DNA from: Pavona decussata
Taxonomy: Eukaryota
DNA: 64,000 nt
Direction of reading: 5' to 3'
Assembly: GCA_977016875.1 (NCBI GenBank)
Contig: CDRNST010000090.1
Location: forward strand, 868,001 to 932,000
Numbering within the stretch: the first letter of the stretch is position 1; every line of letters starts with the position of its first letter. A model generated the notes under the pieces. It worked only from the letters and a program-made list of their open reading frames with translations, was not told the origin of the DNA and made no database searches. The translations under genes and the position numbers were made by a program. Shown here piece after piece: positions 56,424 through 64,000 of this stretch.

Positions 56424-57475
56424 CAGAGGTACATGTACCTTTGATTAAACTGAAAGCCCTTAAAAGTAGCACTTATATCATCTCATGCAAGGCAAAGAAA
56501 ATTGCGATGCGAACGAATAAGAAAGGCGCGGAGAAGACTGGAGAGAGAACTAGAACCTCTTTCGACCCCCCCCCCTCCCCCTCCCCCCACTCTACTCCTA
56601 TCCCCAGTCTTTTCACGCTTTTTTCCGCATGTGTAATACTTTGTTAATAGTTCGCATCACAATTTTCCTCGCTCCGCTCCCCGCTATATGAACGCCTGAA
56701 ACACGCTAATTCCTTCAAGTTTTTGTCTTTTCTCTTTTCTTCTCGCTTTTCTTTTGTTGTGTTTTGTTTTTCACAACTTCTGATAAGTTTTCAAGCCAAA
56801 TTTAGACGGGCTGCCGGAGAAAGCATGCATTTTTTCCGTGGATGGGCCGCAGCTGTCATCTCGGAAATTCCGTTGAGAGTAATGACAACGGCTAACAATA
56901 CTTCCAGGGTAAAAGTACACAAGTTGATCATTTTTTTGTTCATATGCCACTGTTAAGTGATCCCAGTACACTCAAGAAAACTGCGATTACTGTATCTACC
57001 CAACAAGTACCCTAGAACTACCATAATTTCTATTTCATGGTTAACCTGGGAAGGGAAGGTGGTGCTTAACATAGCAACTTTTGCCAAAAATTGCTCCCTT
57101 CACATAAAAAATTTATTTTCAGTAGCAAAGAAACCTCTTTGTTTCATGGTCTATTTTCAGGCTCTTTCGAATATTAAAATGTTCCATTTCGCTATCATTT
57201 CAGTTACTATGCGGAAAAACAAAAGGCACCCTTTCGGGAGGGGGGGGGGGGGGTAGCCTTCCTGTATAGTTCACCATATGGGGTGTCGCCTCCCCCCTCC
57301 CGTTTTTGATGGTTTGCTCACTTTCTTTCATGTTTATTTTTTCTTGGCTTGTGTTTTATCCTAAGCTTTCCTTTCGTTGAAAAGTTTGAGCTATAACATA
57401 AATTTAATCCAAATAGACTGATAGAGACAAATAGCATTCAGTAAACCGTGAATCCACTAGCTCGATCACGTGTAA

Positions 57476-57669
57476 GGGTACGTTCGATTGGCCCTATTCC
57501 GGAATAGGAATACGTACAATGATGACAAGAAATCCCTCATAAGAGGTTTTTGAAGGAGTGTAATATAGCAAAAGCTTGCAGAAATGGAGTCCCAAATTTA
57601 CTTAGAAAGAGAAATCTAACAGCTATTCCACTTATTCTTATTCCGGAATACGGTCAATCGAACGCAAAC
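57476..57669. mobile_element. PIF/Harbinger-like MITE with TAA TSD
   Basis: TAA|GGGTACGTTCGATTGGCCCTATTCCGGAATAGGAATA ... TATTCTTATTCCGGAATACGGTCAATCGAACGCAAAC|TAA. Confidence 0.75.
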
Positions 57670-60600
57670 TAAGCTTCATTCTTGACTTGAGCACAAGTGG
57701 ACCAGGCGAATTTTTCCCTCGTGAGTAGCATGGTGCATAAATTTCTTTATATTCTCCCGTTCTCATAGAATGTTATCTTTATATTTTAATGGAATGCTAT
57801 TAGGCGGTGGGCGGACATCGATGTTATCTGTCAAGTTCACTTAAGCTGGTCGATGAATAATCACAAGCGATAACGATTAACGCCTCGGCGGCGGCGGAAC
57901 TGAAGATTTGTCAATACTCAAAAGTTGTAAATTAATTTCAAAAGGTTTGATGTAAGCCATTGCACAATGCAGTTGTCGTAGCAACTGAGTCAGGTAATTC
58001 ACCTGTTAGGGGAGCAGATACTCATAGGGGTTTATAGACCTTTAAAAGAAGACTAGCAAGATGACTAAAACTCAATTTGGTCAGCCACAACCTCTTGATC
58101 TTTTTTATCTCCACTCCTTGTCCCTTCGCCAAATCACGTGACCACTCTCTTCGGAACTCCTCGATTGAGTGCTGTGACTCGATTCGCCTACGTTGGTGCC
58201 TTGGTGCGTTGCTAAAGTGGACGAAAGACTTATACGGTCTTATACAAGCGTCATAAACTGCAGAAAAAGCAGCTGTACTGCTCTTCTCTAATAACCGGTT
58301 GTCTTATAATTGCAACTCAAAAAATCCTTACGATTTAGCCACAAATATGTTACTTAATATGCTTTTAGCGGAGAGAATTCAATAGGAGTCATGCAAGAGT
58401 TGGAACGTGCCAACGTGTGTGGCCGTACAAAAAGCTGTTAAGAAGAAAAACTAGTAGAGAGGCGACTTTCTTCTGATGAACTGCTTTTCAGTTCAGTCAC
58501 TCAGTTTAGGATTCTGCATAGTATTATTACAATTTCAGCAATTATTCCCCAGGTTGCTGTAACTTTTGATGACATTATCCACATTTTGTGCTGTTGAAGT
58601 TTTTAACATATCCTTCTGAAATTCAAGGTTTACAAAATCTGATGGTAAACGAAATTGGGAGGAATTAAGGATTCACTGAATAATTTTTACCTCAGGAATT
58701 TTCTATTGCGTGCTTCTAAGCTGGCGGCCGATTTTATCAAAATGCATAAGCTTGCCTTAGCAAAACAACCCACAGACAGGATACACCTATCGTGTTTATC
58801 AGTACTAGAAACCTGCTTGATTTATTGGACACCAAACAATCCCTGATAGAATCACACTTTAGTTTATTTTTACAAATAATAGTATTTACATTGCAATTTA
58901 AAATAAATAGTCGTTTACAAGTTAGCATACCGATGAACAAAAAGACCCTGGAAATATGTTTACATCAAAACTTGAACAAATTGCTTTTCCGTGTCACCGG
59001 GAATAATATAAACTGTATGTAAATTTCAGAAATATGTAAGTATATTCATTGTCAAGAATGGAAAATTAGAGCACATTCAATTAAGAAAACTGTCAACAAA
59101 CTGCATTAATTTCTCAGATTAAAAAGTTTCTCAAATGGATAAGTGCCTAGGTGCTAGAAAATTCCATTTCGATTTTCATTTATGATTGCATTATAACTGT
59201 ATTTTAGTCGAGTGTCCAATGTCAGTGAACAAACGGACGGAAAATAAGTATGTGATTATCAAATGTCTGATGCTCAGTAAACTAAGAAACTTCAACTGGA
59301 TAATAGCGTTTAGAATGCGCCACTTCATGTCTTTTCTCTTGATAGTCTTGATAGTGTCCCAGTAAACATATCCTTGACTTGGCTGGATTTTCGCAATCTT
59401 CTCATGGAATTGCCATCGGCGCACTAAGACACTTACGGTTCACGAGGTTTCTACCTTGTCTTTCAACTCCGCGGTCAAATTGGGTGAAGGGCAGGCAAAA
59501 AATAGAAGGGTCGTCATATCAATCCGTCTTCACCATATTCAACCGAAAAAGCTCACAAACGCTGGACAACTGTCTCTTCTACAAGGACTAAACAAGTCAA
59601 CGGCAGAGTCTCTAGGCAACACGTCGCGCAGAACTTGACCAAGGAGAGGATCTTTACACCCATATGCTCCAATGTAAGCTTTTTCGTAGAGAGACTTACA
59701 AGCAGCAGCTTCGTTTTCCATTTTGGCGTATTCATCGAGAAGATAACGGGTCAATAAGCTTGAACTTGATTTCCTTCTCTGGTTTGCCCTGTTTATGGTT
59801 TCCACTCGGACGGATGAAACTTGCTCACTCATGTTTCTACCCTGATCTTGTCGCTATCACAGCGAGCGCACAACTGAACAAAATTTCAGGAAATTAGTGT
59901 TTTTACGAGTGAACTTGCAAATCTTCAGACGACCTGTCAAAAATGATCAATCACCAGGTATCCGTTTCTAGTCGTGCTATGACTGAGACGTGACTAAATT
60001 TAAATGAAATCGAGCTGATGTAAACGCGCCCTGTTTGTGTGTCTAAATTTAGCACCACCTACCGAATCGGGGAGGTCTATTGGTCCCTATTGTTTTTCTA
60101 AACACGAGGATCACAAGTTACGACATAGATGAGTGAGCTTTTGTTTCGCATTGCATAAAATCTAATCTTGGATCTTTTAGGATGACTGGTTGGACAGAAT
60201 CGGTGAAGTATTAGATGTACAATGGCCAACAGTGATCTTGTCACGTCCGCAATGGAAAAATGCTCGCTATATCTCAAAAAAGACACAAACGCCCAAAATA
60301 CCGTGTGAACTTCAAGGATGTTTTTCTTCACAACGGCCCACAAACGGAACAACAAAACGTCAGCTGTAGACAATACATGGCACAGATAGGCTGTTTCTAT
60401 ACGGTCATGCCAGCTCAAATCCTTGATCTATTTTCTCTAGGATTCCGTTTTAGTACGAAACAAAATACGTTCTTAATCTAACGGGAGACCATCGGGTCGT
60501 TTCAGCTGAAGTGGCTTGTAACTTAAGTGAAAAAACAACAGAAAAATTCCGAAGAAAAAAATGAACGTGACAGAAGGCCTCCACTGGTTATTAAATCGTA

Positions 60601-63600
60601 AAAATTAAAGCAATGAGTTGGTACTGCCTCTATCATATCATGAAATCGGTCTCGGATAAAAACTGCACATCTCCGGCACGGCTTAGAGATCGCATAAGAA
60701 GGCAGGCAAAAGTAGCCTATAATCTAATGAGCGATAATTTAGCTTGCTAAAGTAGAGTTAACGAGAATTCCAATTCAAATATTAAAAACTCTTCTTTTTT
60801 TTAAAAGAAAACAACAAGAAATCAACTATGGTTTAAAACATTATTTACCTTCCACGGCCACGCGGTCGAATGTTTATTTGTCTCCGACCAAATGAGATGC
60901 GAAACGAAAACGTCAGTAATATTAAATTATAAAGTGAGCAGCTTGCGCACAGAAGTGGGCGGGCAGATCTTTTCAAACGTAACGATATTTCTTAATAAAA
61001 GATACCCTGAGGCGTAAGTTATTCATAAATTTTCCATTTTCTGCGTGCTCTGAGCAAATTTGTTTACAAAGACAGATGTTCAAATAGCTATTGTCAAATG
61101 GACAACCAATCAGGATGAAAGGAAAGGCGACGTTTACGATCCCGGTATAGCACCCCACGCACATTAGAACTGTTGTGATCGTGTACGGATAGAGGAGATA
61201 GTTTTGATAACCTGAAAAAAAAAAATAAAGCACAACAATAACAGTTCTATTTTAAGTCTTCATGGTAGTTTCAAAACAGGAAAGGTTGTCAAGGGTACTG
61301 TAGTCAGCTGCGTACCCTTCAACACCTTAGAATCCCTGAAAAAGTTCCAAACGGAATACACGATACGTGCTTGGCCTTATTTCGGGAAAGTACAAAAATA
61401 GCGACCAACGGCTGAAGGTCAGTGAAAAACGAAACTGGACTGGTATTCCTCGCTAGTGTTTTTTTTTATTTTTATTTTTTCTTGTTGTTGTTTAATGGCA
61501 ATCATTTTAAAATAGTTCATGGATTGTCCTTGAAATCAAGACTTTTCAGCAATGGTCCAAGATGAATATTATTTTAAGCCGTGTATTTCCGTACGCCCTC
61601 TATCATTCCGGCCTACGTGTCAAGCAACGCAGACAACTCCACAGAACGGCACTGATAGATACGTTGCAAGCTACAGTAATTTTTTAAGTTATTAGACCCT
61701 ACGTGTAGTAGCCTGCAAGGGCAGACGTCTTTGCGTGAAACTAAAGCAGGAAAAGATGTTTGCTAGGCTCTCGCAGGCCAGGGTGCATTCAGTGTACCAG
61801 TCCCATGCCGAAAATACGCCGAGAGTTTCGAACTTCCACAGTTCCACGCCAAGCGACCGCCGAAGCGAGGGGGGGGGGGGGGGGGGGGGACGGCGAAAGC
61901 GAATGCGTTAACGTGAGACAATTAGGGGGGTCTGGGGGCATGTCCCCCATAAAAAATTTAAACTTAAGTCTTCTGAAATGGCTAGAAATGCATCAAAAGC
62001 TTAGGTAATTTTTTGTCAGGCCATTAAGCCTACGAGGTGATCTAAAGCCAGACATTACCCCTGTCTTACGCCGCTTCAAGCCAAAGACCACGATCATGCG
62101 CCAAGTATGCCGAGCGATTTTCGAACTCACGCCGAAGATCATCGGCGTAACTTATATAACATACAGCCTGGCTCGCATGCTGCAAGCGTACTGGTCAAAA
62201 TAGTCAAAGCAGAACCAGAGAACTGACTAATTCTCCAACGTCATATGATTTTCAGAAGTTTTCCGCACATTTTCGACTTTTTCTCCACATACAAGCTAAG
62301 CTTCCCACCAAAGAACTTTGAACGGGGAATTCGTTGTTTAGGGAGATTGGAAACCTTTTTTGCATATTATCCTAACTTTTCCATATCCCTTGTATGCTAC
62401 TATTTGGGAGAATTAGTTTCAAATCAAGACTTGAATGTTTGATCAAGCAGTGATATTGCTGGCTTCAATTCTGTGGACGAATTCTTGCAGGATGCGACAG
62501 TCAACTAAATCTCGCAAATCCGAACTGCTAATCTAAAATTCGACAAGAGAAATTGATCTAGTCCAGCTACCGCCTAAGAAGTACTTTTTTCTAGGGCGTA
62601 AATGGGCAGAGGCCATAACTGAGAAATTTTCACAAACAACATTCATCAACTGAAACACTGTCATAGCTCTTCTTTGTTTGGTTGAAGGGAGCGCTAAAAT
62701 TAACTTCGAAAACAAACCGCAAGACAGTAGTTTCCGCTAAAAAGGAATATCCCGTTTCTGTATCTCCAGCTCCATCATTTTCCCTCGCACTTCAAAATTT
62801 TTATAATTTGTTGACGTTTGTTAGTACGGTAATTTCCTCTCTTCTTAACAAAAGAGCGTAATGCTTGATTTCCTTATTCCAAACTTGCATGTTTGTTTTC
62901 TTCCCAGCGTTATAGCGTGAACCGGCGATATTTTTCTGTGACAGCGTTCAAAGAAGTTTTAACATTTGAGTCTGCGGCTTTATGTGTCACACATTCTGCG
63001 GTTGAAATCCCACAATGTGACAATTTAAATGAGAGCTTATAAAGAGAACTGTGGTCTGGAAAAAAGAGAAAAAAATGGTTCTACATTTTAAGGCTATAGA
63101 TATATTCTTATAAAAGAGAAAAGAGTAACCAAATGAAGCTATCTGGCAGTTTTTTTCCCCTGCGTGCAGAAGGCTACTATTTTCTTTTGGTTCACCCGGA
63201 AAAGAGACTGAAACGTGAAGCAAAGAAAATTGGGGGCGTCTGGACACAGGCTTCTGTTTATTATGCTGTGTACGGGGTAAACCTAGCGTTTACAGGATGT
63301 GAATGGACGAGTTTCCTCTTTCCAAAACAACCTGGCAATTTTAGAGCCCCAGATGCCTTCCGCTGACCATTACATTCAGTAAAAACCAGTAAGTAACTGT
63401 GTTTGCAAGGATCACTGTGACGAAATAAAAGGACCGGATCCTTAGTAAAGGATCTAATCTGAGCGAATAACTTTATCCATCGGATAAAATGTATTGCTGG
63501 GTTGAATTACATTTTATTCGCTGGATAGTTGATGACCAATAACACTCAGTAAAACTGAGTTTTCACTGATTGGCACTTGTTAGCAACTTGCAAAGGAAAG

Positions 63601-64000
63601 TGGCGGCGATCACTGTTGGCTCTTCTGTACTGGTACCAGCCTTGTGATTTAGACCTTGGTCTGAGCTTACCGGCTCCGCTCGGCGTTTTGTCAACATGAA
63701 TAGCAGGTACTGCCGCCCGATCAAGTAGTAAGGTACATAAGTTCTCTAACATTACACCGCTTGCCAATCTGAGCCTGCACTGGCTACCTATCAAGTTTGG
63801 CAGTTATCCTGTTCGCTTTCAAGGCCTTGCATGGCTTGGCACCTCGCTATCTTAGCAATTCACATGTAACCGGGGACAGTACTTATAATCTTAGATCGCC
63901 GGTCTAATCAACTGTTGTTAGCTATGACAATGACTGTCACCAAATAGACACTGGGGGACCGCGCCTTTTCTGTTGCAGACCCTACGCCGCCGTGTGGAAC

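Noticed and set aside
63546-63794. Minus-strand exon with a THAP-like AVPAI motif
   Set aside because: Splice signals are plausible, but the THAP Cys/His residues are not visible and the window ends, so support is insufficient.
53000-64000. Short ORFs (60-120 aa) in the ORF track
   Set aside because: Low-complexity or repeat-derived, with no recognisable domains or coherent exon chain.

Overview
AT-rich eukaryotic (animal) genomic DNA with spliceosomal introns. The repeat types suggest a cnidarian, probably a stony coral (inference). (1) 1-20 kb is a nested DNA-transposon cluster: the right end of a piggyBac inserted in a decayed Sola2-like transposase, a Kolobok-type element with a disabled transposase, and a 1-kb MULE-like element carrying an OTU-like fragment. 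The highlight is a complete 10.2-kb element (9585-19795) bounded by TTAA and TIRs. It encodes an intact 4-exon, about 1253-aa Sola3-like DDD transposase fused to a homeodomain-like HTH and a C-terminal herpes-tegument (C76/VTD)-like cysteine protease/deubiquitinase domain. It also carries two divergently oriented, damaged passenger genes: an F-box/LRR protein and an HTH_40/RecQ-C-terminal-like protein. (2) 25.5-52.6 kb holds two convergent host genes, FHIP2/FAM160B (22 coding exons, +) and a mitochondrial HtrA2/Omi-like serine protease (5 exons, -, one GC-AG intron). Their introns are full of MITEs, tRNA-derived repeats and Penelope/LINE fragments. (3) 52.7-64 kb is intergenic and repeat-rich. 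All family assignments come from motif recognition by eye; no database searches were run.
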